Positions 1 to 10,417 of a stretch of DNA of 64,000 nucleotides are shown piece by piece (the first letter of the stretch is position 1; each line of letters begins with the position of its first letter). The stretch lies in contig JAWBAI010000004.1 in the NCBI GenBank assembly GCA_038816475.1, positions 32,001 through 96,000 on the forward strand, given 5' to 3'. Below the pieces are notes generated by a model, which was not told where the DNA came from, searched no databases, and saw nothing but the letters and a program-made list of their open reading frames with translations. Position numbers and translations under genes: made by a program. Source of the stretch: Desulfurococcaceae archaeon. Lineage in GTDB: Archaea; Thermoproteota; Thermoprotei_A; Sulfolobales; Desulfurococcaceae.

Positions 1-192
1 TTTTAGATAAGGACGGTACTTTCTAGCTTTCCTCAGATCACTCTTAGTTTTCACTCTTTGAGGAGCCCGCTTTACCTGCTCATGAAGTTTCACTAGGCTT
101 TTGTAAAACCGCGTTTTCTTGAAATACCTATACACAATAAGGTAAATGTAGAGGTGTCCAATGACATTAACAACTGTAACAAGTGCAAGCAT
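1..192 (-). CDS. Partial membrane protein running off the window; possibly EMC3/TMCO1 (DUF106) family
   Basis: Manually translated, not in track: MLALVTVVNVIGHLYIYLIVYRYFKKTRFYKSLVKLHEQVKRAPQRVKTKSDLRKARKYRPYLK... ATG at 192, preceded by GGGTAGGT; one TM then a basic helix. Position downstream of secY fits DUF106, but the family call is tentative. Confidence 0.5.
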   Translation of the reverse strand, partial: MLALVTVVNVIGHLYIYLIVYRYFKKTRFYKSLVKLHEQVKRAPQRVKTKSDLRKARKYRPYLK

Positions 193-360
193 GTCTTCAT
201 ACCTACCCGGTAACCCGATATTTTACTATATTCTGCAACTAAATATCGGGAATACTAGAGACGCGAAAGGTCTGTACATCATCGAGGTGTCTTCGATGCA
301 GTTCTTTAGACTTAAATTATTCTGAGTGCCCGGTATGGCGGAAGAGAAAGAATTGAGTTA

Positions 361-1782
361 CTACTCAACGAGCCTCTTCAGCAATGGGTACGCTTCTAGA
401 GTTCTCTCGTAAGCTATCAACGTATAGTACTGTTGTAGTATGCCTACTGCGAGGAGTAAACCCATACCGCTTCCGTACGCTCCAAATACGTCGGCTAAGA
501 TGGCTATAAGAGCAACTATTATAGATGATAAAACCGTTAATGGATATATGTACCTTGCCAATATTTGCTCTAGTATCTTGGGGTTCCTACGTAAACCAGG
601 TACCTCGAATCCGCTTTCAATTAGTTGCTTAGCCTGGTTTTCCGGGTTTAAACCGGCAACTTCAACCCAGAGTATACCGAACACTACTGCTAGTACTACT
701 ACAAGCACGGAGTATACTACCAGTCTTACGGGGTCCAAAGACGCGTAGATTATTCCACTTGGTAGGGAGAGGTAGTAAGCTAATCCACCTACAACCGATC
801 CTCTGTCATTGTACTTTACTAGCATATCAACTACCGATTGCGGTACAATACCGCTAAGGTAAGTTCTCATAAGAGTTGCAAACACGAGTATGTTTGAGTA
901 GAGTATGCCAATGAATATTATTGGTATGTTCGTTACGTAGAGGAACTGCAGTGGTATTCTCGTCTTTATTGTATGTAACCTGGGTGAAGTAACAGGTATT
1001 TCCACCCTAATGCTACTTAAGTACAAAACAACGAATATTATAACTATAGTTGCAATAAGACCAACAAGGTCTCTACCCCCGGGTCTAATGACTACGCTTG
1101 ATATATCCATATTCCTGGAGAGCGCTTCTACAAGGTAGGGTATGAAGCCTACGTATTCACCACCTGTTTTGAAAGGTCCGAAGAGATTCCAGAACACTGT
1201 TGTAGCAACACCTGCAAGTATGAATAGTGAAACACCAGATCCCAGCCCCCAGCCCTTCTGAACAAGTTCATCTAGTACAATGACGAATAATGATGCTATG
1301 AAAAGCTGCACAGCAACAACAACTCGTAAATACCAGGATGCCATGCAACCTGCTATAGGGTTTCCAATAAACACCCAGTACCTACAGGCTAGAACATACA
1401 TTGTAGCTTGAAAAGCCGCTAGTAAAACAGCTAGTGTTTTCTGAGCACCGGTGAAGATCTTCCTATGCTCGGGATCAGTCAAGTCAAGGTCTATGAGCTT
1501 CGCACCTACGAGTATTTGCATTATTAAACCAGCAGTAACTATGGGTCCAATGCCAAGCTCCATTAATGTACCACTATGAGCAGCGAATATTATCTGTATT
1601 AGCAGGAACTGTTCAGGAGCTCTTTCGCTTATACCGTACAATGGTGTATGGGACATCAGGAAGTATACCAATAGTGCTAAAAATGTCCACAGGAGCTTCT
1701 CACCAAGTGGTACATGTCCTTTCGGTCTTGGTACACTTGGCAAGTAATCGGCCGCTTTTGACATAGCACTAAGTATACCCAT
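361..1782 (-). CDS. secY: Preprotein translocase SecY/Sec61alpha
   Basis: LMELGIGPIVTAGLIMQ, KGWGLGSGVSLFI, YVTNIPII motifs; ~10 TM; end of spc operon. Confidence 0.98.
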   Translation of the reverse strand: MGILSAMSKAADYLPSVPRPKGHVPLGEKLLWTFLALLVYFLMSHTPLYGISERAPEQFLLIQIIFAAHSGTLMELGIGPIVTAGLIMQILVGAKLIDLDLTDPEHRKIFTGAQKTLAVLLAAFQATMYVLACRYWVFIGNPIAGCMASWYLRVVVAVQLFIASLFVIVLDELVQKGWGLGSGVSLFILAGVATTVFWNLFGPFKTGGEYVGFIPYLVEALSRNMDISSVVIRPGGRDLVGLIATIVIIFVVLYLSSIRVEIPVTSPRLHTIKTRIPLQFLYVTNIPIIFIGILYSNILVFATLMRTYLSGIVPQSVVDMLVKYNDRGSVVGGLAYYLSLPSGIIYASLDPVRLVVYSVLVVVLAVVFGILWVEVAGLNPENQAKQLIESGFEVPGLRRNPKILEQILARYIYPLTVLSSIIVALIAILADVFGAYGSGMGLLLAVGILQQYYTLIAYERTLEAYPLLKRLVE

Positions 1783-1880
1783 GTTAAGTGCACCTTTTCA
1801 GTTTATAGACTTAAGTGCTTAAAATCACTTTGAGTATTAACGTAGAAGGATGAAGCGTGAACAGAGAGACCTGTATTCTC

Positions 1881-2327
1881 CTACTGGGGTGTAAGAACTA
1901 CTCCACCAGCTTCTTCGATCTTTCTTTTAGCTGTCTCTGAGACGTGTTTCGCTATGAGCTTTATTGGTACTGTAACTTCTCCTTTTCCAAGCACTTTGTC
2001 ATATCCTAGTTCAATAGCGTTGAAAACAACCATTCCTTCCTCCTTGATTGCTGTGTTTTTAGTGATCATGTCGAGAACGATCTCGTTTATTTCACCAACA
2101 TTTATGATCCTTGGAGCACCCCTTAGTTGTTGAACACTCGTAAATCCATGTTTACCGTACCATTCAGGTGCGTACTTTATCATCCACATGATTTTATGCT
2201 TGTGGAAACCCACAGCACCAACGCCTCCCTTTGATCCGCTCTTTCGGTGCTGACCTACTCTACCCCAACCCATCGTTCTTGTTCTTCCGCGCAGTTTCCT
2301 CGACTTCTTCCTTTTTCTAACAACCAT
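1881..2327 (-). CDS. rpl15: 50S ribosomal protein uL15
   Basis: [31 protein letters not shown]...KIEEAGG. Confidence 0.97.
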   Translation of the reverse strand: MVVRKRKKSRKLRGRTRTMGWGRVGQHRKSGSKGGVGAVGFHKHKIMWMIKYAPEWYGKHGFTSVQQLRGAPRIINVGEINEIVLDMITKNTAIKEEGMVVFNAIELGYDKVLGKGEVTVPIKLIAKHVSETAKRKIEEAGGVVLTPQ

Positions 2328-2338
2328 GCTTCGTACAC

Positions 2339-2839
2339 CTATAGCATTCGTTTAATCAGCTCGTTTATGGCGGATCCCCGGTAACCTAGCTCTCCACCTT
2401 GATCGTAAGGTCTTTTCGTTGAACCTTTAAATCCTTTTCTAGGTGGATGAAGTCTAAATACTGGTTTTATCAGGTTATTCAGCTTATGAAGCATTACACG
2501 CCCCTCCAGAATAGCATCGGCGAGTGCTGGTATTCCACCATTTATACCGAGCTTCGCTAGGTGAGTATCCACGTACTCGTCTGTTAAAGGCTTGTTGCCG
2601 GCTATCTTGCCACGCTTATACAGTAGCTCTATTAGAGTCTCTCTATTGATTTCCCCCCAGGTAATCCAATCTTTTGCTTTCAATAACATACCATCTAGTC
2701 CGGGAAGGGTTTTGGGGTAAAGCACGCAGTGGTACTTTTTGTGTAGTCTTAGAAGCTTTAAGGTGTATTCTACGTCGTATGGACAGTCGACTCGACCTTT
2801 GATCCTTATTATAGCGTAAACAGGTATTCTGTGCGCCAT
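2339..2839 (-). CDS. rpl30: 50S ribosomal protein uL30 (L30P)
   Basis: [31 protein letters not shown]; operon position. Confidence 0.97.
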   Translation of the reverse strand: MAHRIPVYAIIRIKGRVDCPYDVEYTLKLLRLHKKYHCVLYPKTLPGLDGMLLKAKDWITWGEINRETLIELLYKRGKIAGNKPLTDEYVDTHLAKLGINGGIPALADAILEGRVMLHKLNNLIKPVFRLHPPRKGFKGSTKRPYDQGGELGYRGSAINELIKRML

Positions 2840-2848
2840 GGACCATTT

Positions 2849-3511
2849 TCACCCTCTAGCCCACTCCACAGGTGTTATGAACTTGTATGTGTTGTGGAGA
2901 GCGTTAACAACAGCTTTCGCGAAATTGAGCGTGGTTCTAGTTTCTCCGTAGCTTTCGGTCCATACGTCGCTGATACCTGCTAATCTCAGCACTATCTTAG
3001 CGATGTCTCCTGCAACAAGCCCTGTTCCCCGTGGTGCAGGTTTCAACGTTATTCTAACGCTACCAGACTTACCTGTAACGATGAAAGGTACTGTATGAGG
3101 CTGTGCACACCTACACTCCCAGCTTCCACAACCTCTTCTAATGGGGGATATGTTTAGCTTAGCGTCACGTACAGCCTTTGCTAAAGCTTCCGTATACTGC
3201 TTAGCTTTTCCTATTCCTATTCCCACGTAGCCGTTCTCATTACCTATAACAACTACGACCTGAAACTTGGACCTTCTACCAGCATCGGTCATTTTTTGAA
3301 CAATCCTAGCGTCGATTCTGACGTACTTTAAGTCTGGTAGTAGGTAGTCTACTATCTCGGGTTCCAGCAGAGGCAGGTTTCTTTCAAAGATCTCCCTTAA
3401 GCTCGTTATCTTTCCTTCAAGTACTAGTTTACCGGTTTTTGTTCTAGGCACCCACTTCTCCAGGGCTACTTTGTCTATTGCAGGCATGGGTGCATATGAC
3501 AAGGTTTTCAA
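2849..3511 (-). CDS. rps5: 30S ribosomal protein uS5
   Basis: [38 protein letters not shown]. Confidence 0.98.
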   Translation of the reverse strand: MKTLSYAPMPAIDKVALEKWVPRTKTGKLVLEGKITSLREIFERNLPLLEPEIVDYLLPDLKYVRIDARIVQKMTDAGRRSKFQVVVVIGNENGYVGIGIGKAKQYTEALAKAVRDAKLNISPIRRGCGSWECRCAQPHTVPFIVTGKSGSVRITLKPAPRGTGLVAGDIAKIVLRLAGISDVWTESYGETRTTLNFAKAVVNALHNTYKFITPVEWARG

Positions 3512-4125
3512 TCACCCCCTTGCGACCTAGATTTATAAGTATCCAAAATGGCCTGTTTAACGGTTTCAAAATGCTGAGGGAGCTCTTCGGGGTTTAATCC
3601 TCTCCTCAAGTACGTTGAGAACCGTGATTCAAGTAAACCACGCTCTCTCAGCATTTTCGCGTAGTTTGCTATATGGTGTCCTCTGATTCTGTCCTCTGAG
3701 GGGAGAACTTCTTCGCTGACGGGAACTTTAAGACCTGCGTCGTTAGCCGCCTTTATGGCTGCGAATACTATTGAACCCTTGATTGCTCTGTGTAGTCCGA
3801 TGTCTGGTACAGCGTATTCAATACCCTTCTGCAAAGCTCTTAGTGCTGCTAAAAGACCGGTTAGGTAGGCTGCAGGCGTGCTCGAGGTTCCTCCTTTCCA
3901 CGAGAATTTTGTAACGAGCTCTCTCGAGTGAGCAGCAGCTATGGTGTGATCCCCCTCGGGCTTAGCTACTATGATCTGAACCCAGATGTACTTGTTTGTT
4001 TTTCTAACAACGAATCTCGGGTGTCCTGACATCACCATTACATATCTCTTGTAGTAGTTTGTTTTTCCTTCGCGCCTTCTACGCCGGGGAACCTTGTATT
4101 TTGGACCTCTGGCCATAGTGTTCAC
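3508..4125 (-). CDS. rpl18: 50S ribosomal protein uL18
   Basis: [30 protein letters not shown]; true start probably the MARG ATG. Confidence 0.98.
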   Translation of the reverse strand: MNTMARGPKYKVPRRRRREGKTNYYKRYVMVMSGHPRFVVRKTNKYIWVQIIVAKPEGDHTIAAAHSRELVTKFSWKGGTSSTPAAYLTGLLAALRALQKGIEYAVPDIGLHRAIKGSIVFAAIKAANDAGLKVPVSEEVLPSEDRIRGHHIANYAKMLRERGLLESRFSTYLRRGLNPEELPQHFETVKQAILDTYKSRSQGGD

Positions 4126-4584
4126 CTATTGAGCCTCTTTTATGATACCGTGTTCTCTAAGGTACAGTTTAAGTGCTGATAAACTATCGAACTGTCCTCC
4201 CTTAGCAAGCTTGTATAGTCTTCTGTACGTCTTCTTGTCTATTACGCCACGGTCGCGCAGGTACCTTAAGTACCTCCTTATCTTTCTTATTCTAGTGATC
4301 CACGAGAGCTTCAGTTCTTGCCTAGCTCTTTTTCTTCCTTCGCGCTTGCCGTGGCCCCGTCTTCGTCCTTTTTTACGCTGAACCTTCCTCAATTTACCAC
4401 TATAACCAGTAATACCGTGCTCGGGTTCAATCCAGATAGCTCCTTCTTCTATGAGCTTCTTTATGTCCTCTCTCGTTATTGCTTGAGCAACATCGTCTGC
4501 TCTTGTTGGATCTATTCTCACTCTGGATACTCCTACTCCAAGTATATCGGCTGCAAGTCTCTTCTGTAGAGTTAAATCTGGCAT
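4126..4584 (-). CDS. rpl19e: 50S ribosomal protein eL19
   Basis: QKRLAADILGVG, AITREDIK, RRRGHGKREG, LYKLAKGG. Confidence 0.98.
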   Translation of the reverse strand: MPDLTLQKRLAADILGVGVSRVRIDPTRADDVAQAITREDIKKLIEEGAIWIEPEHGITGYSGKLRKVQRKKGRRRGHGKREGRKRARQELKLSWITRIRKIRRYLRYLRDRGVIDKKTYRRLYKLAKGGQFDSLSALKLYLREHGIIKEAQ

Positions 4585-5009
4585 CAGCTACCCCCTTCCT
4601 GTTGCACTTTAGCTATTCTCGGAGGATTTGCTACTTTAAAGCCACGTTCAACGGCCACCTTGTACACCTCGAGGGCTTTTTTCATACCAACGGTGCTACC
4701 GATGTAAATGATGTGCTTTAGTGGATTGTACTTCGATAGGTCATTTACATTGTAGACGACTACGGGTGTTAAACCACTTGGGTGCATTCCTCTAACAACA
4801 GTGGGTGTTCTGTACCCTACCTTCACAATAGGAGGATAACCCTTGAGCTGAAGTCTCATTTTATTATCTATACCTTTGGGCTTACGCCACTTAGGATCAT
4901 TCTTGAACTTAGGTTTTTTCCACCACTCGTGTCTTAAGAACTCTGGTCTCTGCCTTTTCATTTTCTCTCTCAGCTTTAAGTACCATTCAAAGTCCTTTTC
5001 CATCGTCAA
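4584..5009 (-). CDS. rpl32e: 50S ribosomal protein eL32
   Basis: WRKPKGIDNKMR, VGYRTP, GMHPSG. Confidence 0.97.
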   Translation of the reverse strand: MTMEKDFEWYLKLREKMKRQRPEFLRHEWWKKPKFKNDPKWRKPKGIDNKMRLQLKGYPPIVKVGYRTPTVVRGMHPSGLTPVVVYNVNDLSKYNPLKHIIYIGSTVGMKKALEVYKVAVERGFKVANPPRIAKVQQEGGS

Positions 5010-5557
5010 TCCGCAACACCTCTCTCATAGATGTAAATACCATCCGCAAAGACTCTTCTATCAAGATCCCTTATCTTGGTTGCACGTTCTATCGATGCGG
5101 CAGTTAAGCCCACCTCCTCGATATCTATGCCCTCCACGATCACGTCGTGACCTTCGACACGAACCGTAACATTACCGTAGATCTTAGCTACCCTATCCGC
5201 TTTTTCACCCAAAAAATTCCTTATCCTAACAACCTTGTTCTTAGCATCAACCACTACGCTCACCGGGAAGTGCGAGTACACGACCTTAAGCTTGTACCTA
5301 AAACCTTTTGTAACTCCTGTGATCATGTTTTCTATGTGCGCTGCTATTGTACCGACGAGTGCTTTAAGAGATCTATCCGCATTGTAAGCCTCAACAACAA
5401 CGTAACCCTCTTGAACACTGATGTACACTCTTCGTGCATGCGAGAAATCCTTAACGAGCTCACCTTTGGGTCCTCTAACTTTCACTCTCGAGTCTTCTAC
5501 CTGAACAGACACGTTTTCGGGGATTTTGACTTTTTCAACAATGTGCAAAGTTTTCAT
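5006..5557 (-). CDS. rpl6: 50S ribosomal protein uL6
   Basis: VRGPKG, NMITGVTKGF, YSHFP, NFLGEK, DRRVFADGIY. Confidence 0.98.
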   Translation of the reverse strand: MKTLHIVEKVKIPENVSVQVEDSRVKVRGPKGELVKDFSHARRVYISVQEGYVVVEAYNADRSLKALVGTIAAHIENMITGVTKGFRYKLKVVYSHFPVSVVVDAKNKVVRIRNFLGEKADRVAKIYGNVTVRVEGHDVIVEGIDIEEVGLTAASIERATKIRDLDRRVFADGIYIYERGVAD

Positions 5558-5571
5558 GTTCTAACACCTCT

Positions 5572-5973
5572 CTAGTAACAATATGCTAGCAGTATACCTC
5601 CTGTTTTCCTCTCAATAGCTTCCTTGTGCGACATTACTCCGTGAGGTGTTGTAAGGATCAGTATTCCAATGTTGTAAGCCGGAAGGTACTTCTTGAGCCA
5701 ATTCGGTGGATTGATAAGCTCTATGTACTTAACCGGGTATCTCGGCTTGATCACGCCAACCTTGTTAATCCTACCTAGTAGTAGTATCCTTATCTTACCC
5801 CATCTTCCATCATCAATGTATTCAAATTCTCCTATGTAACCTTCCCTCTGGAGAACTTTCAGTACGTTAAGTATAAGCTTTGATGCAGGCCAAGTTATAA
5901 CTTCTCTCTTTGCTCTCATCTCGGCATTGTATATTGCGGAAAGAGTGTTCGCGAGAGGATCCATAGCCACCAT
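5572..5973 (-). CDS. rps8: 30S ribosomal protein uS8
   Basis: DPLAN, GYIGEFEYIDDGR, GRINKVG, TTPHGVMSH; start set at ATG 5973 behind a GGTGA RBS (track gives 5985). Confidence 0.97.
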   Translation of the reverse strand: MVAMDPLANTLSAIYNAEMRAKREVITWPASKLILNVLKVLQREGYIGEFEYIDDGRWGKIRILLLGRINKVGVIKPRYPVKYIELINPPNWLKKYLPAYNIGILILTTPHGVMSHKEAIERKTGGILLAYCY

Positions 5974-5984
5974 AGTTATCACCA

Positions 5985-6149
5985 TTAATTATACTTCTTG
6001 AATCCCATGGAGTATGCTATTTCTCTGAAGCACTGTCTACATAGGTAAAGTCCATAAGCCTGGATAACAGCATCTCGAGACCCGCATCTACGGCACTCTT
6101 GAGCTCCACGCCCGTATTTTTCTACTTTTGGTGGTTTTAACTTAGCCAT
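5985..6149 (-). CDS. rps14: 30S ribosomal protein uS14 (Zn-binding)
   Basis: Not in track; manually translated MAKLKPPKVEKYGRGAQECRRCGSRDAVIQAYGLYLCRQCFREIAYSMGFKKYN (54 aa); lies between rpl5 and rps8. Confidence 0.97.
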   Translation of the reverse strand: MAKLKPPKVEKYGRGAQECRRCGSRDAVIQAYGLYLCRQCFREIAYSMGFKKYN

Positions 6150-6158
6150 AAGCACACC

Positions 6159-6734
6159 TTACTCTTCAACGATATCCAACCCAAAAAACCTTTTAAGAAA
6201 AACCATTGCCTCCAGTTTTGTAACTCTATGTCGCTTAGGTATAGGTCTTCGTGCCCGCCTACGTCTCATTACCCTGTAACCAGGTTTTTCGATTGATATG
6301 CAAACGTCCATACCGAATATTCCGATCTCGGGATCATACTTCACTCCGGGCAAGTGAATGTGTTCTTTTATCCCAAAACAAACATTGCCCTGCTCATCGA
6401 AGCTGGAAGCCTTGATCCTGTAGCCTACCGCATCTAAGGCTTTCTTAAGGAACTCTATTGCTTTCTGCTTTCTGAGTGTGATTGTTACTGCTATATACTC
6501 TCCTCTTCGTATTCCAAATTCTCTAATTGTTCTTTTGGCTCTCCTAAAGGAAGCTTTCTGACCTGTGATCTCCTCTAGAACATGGGCAATCTTCTTGAGT
6601 CTTTCAATATCAGAACCTATACATACGTTCACCACAACCTTTCCTATTCGTGGTTTCAGCATTGGATTCTCTTCCCACTTCTTTACGATTTCAGCTTCGA
6701 TCTCGGGTATAAGCATTGGCATATTACCATGCAC
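6159..6734 (-). CDS. rpl5: 50S ribosomal protein uL5
   Basis: NPMLKPRIGKVVVN, FGIRRGE, GIKEHI..PGVKYDPEIGIFGMD. Confidence 0.98.
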   Translation of the reverse strand: MHGNMPMLIPEIEAEIVKKWEENPMLKPRIGKVVVNVCIGSDIERLKKIAHVLEEITGQKASFRRAKRTIREFGIRRGEYIAVTITLRKQKAIEFLKKALDAVGYRIKASSFDEQGNVCFGIKEHIHLPGVKYDPEIGIFGMDVCISIEKPGYRVMRRRRARRPIPKRHRVTKLEAMVFLKRFFGLDIVEE

Positions 6735-7485
6735 CCTCAGGCAGTGTAATAACTGGTTTTTCGACTCCTATGGGGAATATGTATTCGAAACTAGTTTGAA
6801 ATCTATTACCGTACTTATCCTCTAGTGTTACAATGTACTTTCTTCTCTTCAGTGCTCCAGGTATGATCTCAACTATTCTGCCTACTCTTCCAACGTTTTT
6901 ACCTCCACTTACAATTGCTATAACCCCCTCCTTAGCGGGTATGTAATCTACTACTCTGTTGTCGTTCAGTGAGAGAACCACTGTACCCAGGGTTTCGTAT
7001 TGATCCTCTACGGGATTACGAGGATCAGAGACTCTTATGAGAACGTTACGTCCGTCGTGCAAGTTAAGTTGAATATGTCCACCCTTCACAGTTGTTTTAT
7101 TCTCTATTCTACAGGGTTTTATGGAGGCTTCTTCAGGCGGTATCCTCAGAAGCCCTAGAACTTTCGTGGGAACCGGTACAACCCTGTAATACTCACCCGT
7201 TTTCGGTATTTCAATAACATCCATTACTCCAACTGGGAACTTGTAGTTTCGCCTAACTTTGCCATCCACTTTGAAGTGACCTTCAGCAATCAACTTGCGC
7301 GCTTCGGTACTGGTTTTAGCATACTTTAAGATGTCCCTTACAATTATTAGTAGCGGTAAGCATCTCTCAATAGGGTGTGGTCCTGGTAATGGTTTCACAG
7401 ACCACTTAAACTTCTTCCTGAGTATAGGCCAAAAAGCAGGTGCTGCAAGTGCTTTTAGGTGTCTACTACCACCATGTTTAGTCAT
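6724..7485 (-). CDS. rps4e: 30S ribosomal protein eS4
   Basis: RHLKALAAP, PGPH, VDGKVR..FPVGVMDV, QLNLHDGRN. Confidence 0.98.
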   Translation of the reverse strand: MTKHGGSRHLKALAAPAFWPILRKKFKWSVKPLPGPHPIERCLPLLIIVRDILKYAKTSTEARKLIAEGHFKVDGKVRRNYKFPVGVMDVIEIPKTGEYYRVVPVPTKVLGLLRIPPEEASIKPCRIENKTTVKGGHIQLNLHDGRNVLIRVSDPRNPVEDQYETLGTVVLSLNDNRVVDYIPAKEGVIAIVSGGKNVGRVGRIVEIIPGALKRRKYIVTLEDKYGNRFQTSFEYIFPIGVEKPVITLPEGAW

Positions 7486-7491
7486 ACTTCA

Positions 7492-7947
7492 TCAGCCTAC
7501 CTCTGTTTCTTTTCCGGACTGTTCAAAACCACGTTCCTCAGGTTTGGAGGAAACGCGTTCTTCAACAGTCTTCTTGCGTCTTTCGATTATATTTAGCCTG
7601 TACTTATCTGAAAGGTCGAGTTTAACGATCATTACCTTGCTAGGATGTATTGGATAATACACCGGTGTTCCATCGGCTTTCTTCATCTGAACGCCCTCAA
7701 CGAATATCCTTACGCGCTTAAGGTCTACTTTTACCACTTTTCCCTCATGCCCAGCGTAGTCGCCGCGCATTACTCGAACAACATCTCCTGTTCTCACAGG
7801 TAATCTTTTAACTCCATATTTCTCTCTGAGTTCAGGTGAAAGTGGAGCATTGAAGAATTTGTGCCTTGAGTGTAACGGTGCATTGTAGAAAGCTTTTCTC
7901 TGAGCTCTTGGTTGAGAAGAGGACACGAACGGCACATTGATCACCAT
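7492..7947 (-). CDS. rpl24: 50S ribosomal protein uL24
   Basis: [31 protein letters not shown]. Confidence 0.97.
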   Translation of the reverse strand: MVINVPFVSSSQPRAQRKAFYNAPLHSRHKFFNAPLSPELREKYGVKRLPVRTGDVVRVMRGDYAGHEGKVVKVDLKRVRIFVEGVQMKKADGTPVYYPIHPSKVMIVKLDLSDKYRLNIIERRKKTVEERVSSKPEERGFEQSGKETEVG

Positions 7948-8384
7948 TAAACGATTATCGAAGCTAAGTTAGCTATCTGAGGCCATCTTTCAGCAGCTTC
8001 ACGAGCAACAGGACCTCTGATCTCAGTACCCTTAGGAGTGCCCTCGGGTGTTAGTATAACCACAGCATTGTCCTCAAAAGCCACCCATGTTCCATCCGGT
8101 CTTTTGTAAGGTCTTCTTTGCCTAATAACGATCGCCTTGAAAATCTTTTTTCTCATCTCTGGTGTTCCCTTCTTAACACTCACTACAACTAGGTCTCCGA
8201 CCCCTGCTCTGGGTACTCTCCTCAGTCTACCCCTATAGCCCGGTACACCAATTATCGTTACTTCCTTTGCACCACTATTATCAGCAACCTTTACTCTCGA
8301 CGCTACCTGTAAACCGGTGTTTATGCGTCTTCTTGAGTAAGCAGGTTTTCCCGCAACAGCTCTTTTGGCACCCATTGACAGCAC
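7947..8384 (-). CDS. rpl14: 50S ribosomal protein uL14
   Basis: [32 protein letters not shown]. Confidence 0.98.
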   Translation of the reverse strand: MLSMGAKRAVAGKPAYSRRRINTGLQVASRVKVADNSGAKEVTIIGVPGYRGRLRRVPRAGVGDLVVVSVKKGTPEMRKKIFKAIVIRQRRPYKRPDGTWVAFEDNAVVILTPEGTPKGTEIRGPVAREAAERWPQIANLASIIV

Positions 8385-8401
8385 CTCTTAACTTAACTTA
8401 C

Positions 8402-8767
8402 TTAACGCCTTTTAACTACACTCAGAACTACGAATGAAACGGTCTTAGCTAAGGGCCGTGTCTCACCGATAACAACTTCGTCTCCTTCATTAACGTCAAT
8501 GCATGGAGGAAGTCTCGCGTGTATGTTTCTTCTACGCTTCTCGTACCTCATATACTTGCTTACGTAGTGGAGATACTCGTGTTTTACTACAACAGTTCTT
8601 TGCATCTTTTTCTTTACAACTATACCCCTTAGTATAACTCCTCTAACTTTTAAATGTCCATGCCATGGACACTTAGGATCGTTACACACCTTGTTGGGTG
8701 GCTGTACGCCAGGTATTCCAACATTCCTTACTTTCGATCTTGCACTACCTGTGCTCATTCCTTTCAA
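8402..8767 (-). CDS. rps17: 30S ribosomal protein uS17
   Basis: CNDPKCPWHG, KYMRYEKRR, GETRPLAKT. Confidence 0.98.
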   Translation of the reverse strand: MKGMSTGSARSKVRNVGIPGVQPPNKVCNDPKCPWHGHLKVRGVILRGIVVKKKMQRTVVVKHEYLHYVSKYMRYEKRRRNIHARLPPCIDVNEGDEVVIGETRPLAKTVSFVVLSVVKRR

Positions 8768-9066
8768 CCTCTACTCGTAAGAACCTTCTTGAGTCTATCC
8801 CAGGGTCTACCAACGATCCTATCTCCTCTTAAAACTATGACGTCTCCGCTGGGAAGTTGTAACTGAAACACACCGTTGGATTTGAACACTCTTATTCGCT
8901 TACCGTTGTTCTTTTCTATTAATAGCGTCTTCATGGTTTCATCAACTATAATGCCTTCAACTCCGACCAAGGCTTGATCGGTGTATTGCAAAATCTTCAC
9001 CCTTGAGCCGATCAACTCATGATAAACTATGTTCTTAGGCGTCATCTTCACGCTAAGCCCCCTCAC
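8764..9066 (-). CDS. rnp1: Ribonuclease P protein component 1 (Rpp29/Pop4)
   Basis: HELIG, GIIVDETMKTL, GRPWDRLK; conserved position between rpl29 and rps17. Confidence 0.93.
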   Translation of the reverse strand: MRGLSVKMTPKNIVYHELIGSRVKILQYTDQALVGVEGIIVDETMKTLLIEKNNGKRIRVFKSNGVFQLQLPSGDVIVLRGDRIVGRPWDRLKKVLTSRG

Positions 9067-9280
9067 TAGTGGTTTGAGTTTGCTTTCTCCTTTCTTCGTT
9101 GATAATGGTTAATATTCTTGCTACGCTTCTTCTAGTATTTCTTATTCTTGCTGTATCCTTGAGAAGACCCATTTTAGCTTGCATTCTTAACTTTAGGAGT
9201 TCTAGTCTTAATTCTTCTAGTTTTTTAACTCTTTCCTCCGGGCTCATTTTTCTAATCTCATCCGGCTTCACTTTTAACAC
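9053..9280 (-). CDS. rpl29: 50S ribosomal protein uL29
   Basis: EIRKMS..E..KKLEELRLEL, RRSVARILT. Confidence 0.95.
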   Translation of the reverse strand: MLKVKPDEIRKMSPEERVKKLEELRLELLKLRMQAKMGLLKDTARIRNTRRSVARILTIINEERRKQTQTTSEGA

Positions 9281-9932
9281 CTAGACCAAGCTCTTGTCTA
9301 ATTTTTTCAAGCTCATCTTTGGGTAGTTCTCTAATTGCGACCTGATCAGGCATTCTTATGCCTGGTTTGACAATCACGACTTCTACACCGTAGATACCCG
9401 GCTTTAACATGGCTTTGGCAACAGCTCTATCAACTATGTAATCAACGGGGTCTCCAACCTTGTACACCTTTCCAACCCTGATCTTCTCGTATGTTGCTCG
9501 TTCGCCTCTTAGCTTGCCACTGATGATAATTTCGCAACCAACCGCGCCTGCTTCCATTATTCTACGTGCCATGAACATCATCGCTCTTCTGAACGGTATC
9601 CCCTTCTCAAGAGCTCTTGCAAGTCTAAAGGCTACAACTCTGGCGTTTAAATCTGGATCTGCAACGGGAGAAACCGTTATACTCACGTTCTCCAGCTCGA
9701 ATCGTTTCTCTAAGACAGCAGCAATTTTCCTCAATATGGTTGCTCCTCTGCCAATGAATCTCCCCGGAAACTCCGCATAAATAACCACTCTATGACCCAG
9801 AGGGGTTTTGTATATCTCTACGTCAGCGTAACCAGCATCCTTGAAGTAATTAGCTAGAAACTCGTCAACCATTACTTTCTTTAACCCATAGCTTAGAAAG
9901 TAGCTCTTGATCTTGGGTCCTACGCCAACCAC
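9258..9932 (-). CDS. rps3: 30S ribosomal protein uS3
   Basis: KH domain PGRFIGRG, GCEIIISGKL, KPGIYGV. Confidence 0.97.
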   Translation of the reverse strand: MVGVGPKIKSYFLSYGLKKVMVDEFLANYFKDAGYADVEIYKTPLGHRVVIYAEFPGRFIGRGATILRKIAAVLEKRFELENVSITVSPVADPDLNARVVAFRLARALEKGIPFRRAMMFMARRIMEAGAVGCEIIISGKLRGERATYEKIRVGKVYKVGDPVDYIVDRAVAKAMLKPGIYGVEVVIVKPGIRMPDQVAIRELPKDELEKIRQELGLGVKSEAG

Positions 9933-9934
9933 TT

Positions 9935-10408
9935 CTAACCGACCTCTTCTACTATAATCTCCATATGCGTTGTTCTACGGAATTTAGGAGTAGCACGTCC
10001 GAACGCTCTAGGCATGTACCTCTTCAAAGTGGGTCCTTTGTGTGCAATGATATGCTTTATTACAAGTCTATTTACGTCAAGACCCTTGTTCTCAGCGTTT
10101 GCTTTCACGTTTTGCAGGAGTTCAAGGGTGTATTTGGCCCCCTTCACAGGGTATCGTCCAATAGGCCATTTGAACCTATCTGCTAACCCTCGCTTATGGC
10201 TGAGTTTACCGTGATACCTTTTAAAGGGGACTGGTTGCTTTAACCTAACAACGTCTTCCAGGAACTTAATGGCGTCTACGAGCTTCATGCCTTTTATGGT
10301 GTTAGCGATCTCTCTCATATACTTGATTGATACTGGAATATCGTATCGTACAGCCTTAGCGATTTTGGCATCCTCTCTTATTTCAACTGAGTAGTTCCAA
10401 GTTGGCAT
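9935..10408 (-). CDS. rpl22: 50S ribosomal protein uL22
   Basis: VPFKRY, GRYPVK, ANAENKGL, RYMPRAFGRATP. Confidence 0.98.
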   Translation of the reverse strand: MPTWNYSVEIREDAKIAKAVRYDIPVSIKYMREIANTIKGMKLVDAIKFLEDVVRLKQPVPFKRYHGKLSHKRGLADRFKWPIGRYPVKGAKYTLELLQNVKANAENKGLDVNRLVIKHIIAHKGPTLKRYMPRAFGRATPKFRRTTHMEIIVEEVG

Positions 10409-10417
10409 AAACGTCGC

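Noticed and set aside
1784-1818. Direct repeat TTAAGTGC upstream of secY
   Set aside because: An 8-mer in an AT-rich promoter/RBS region; insufficient evidence.
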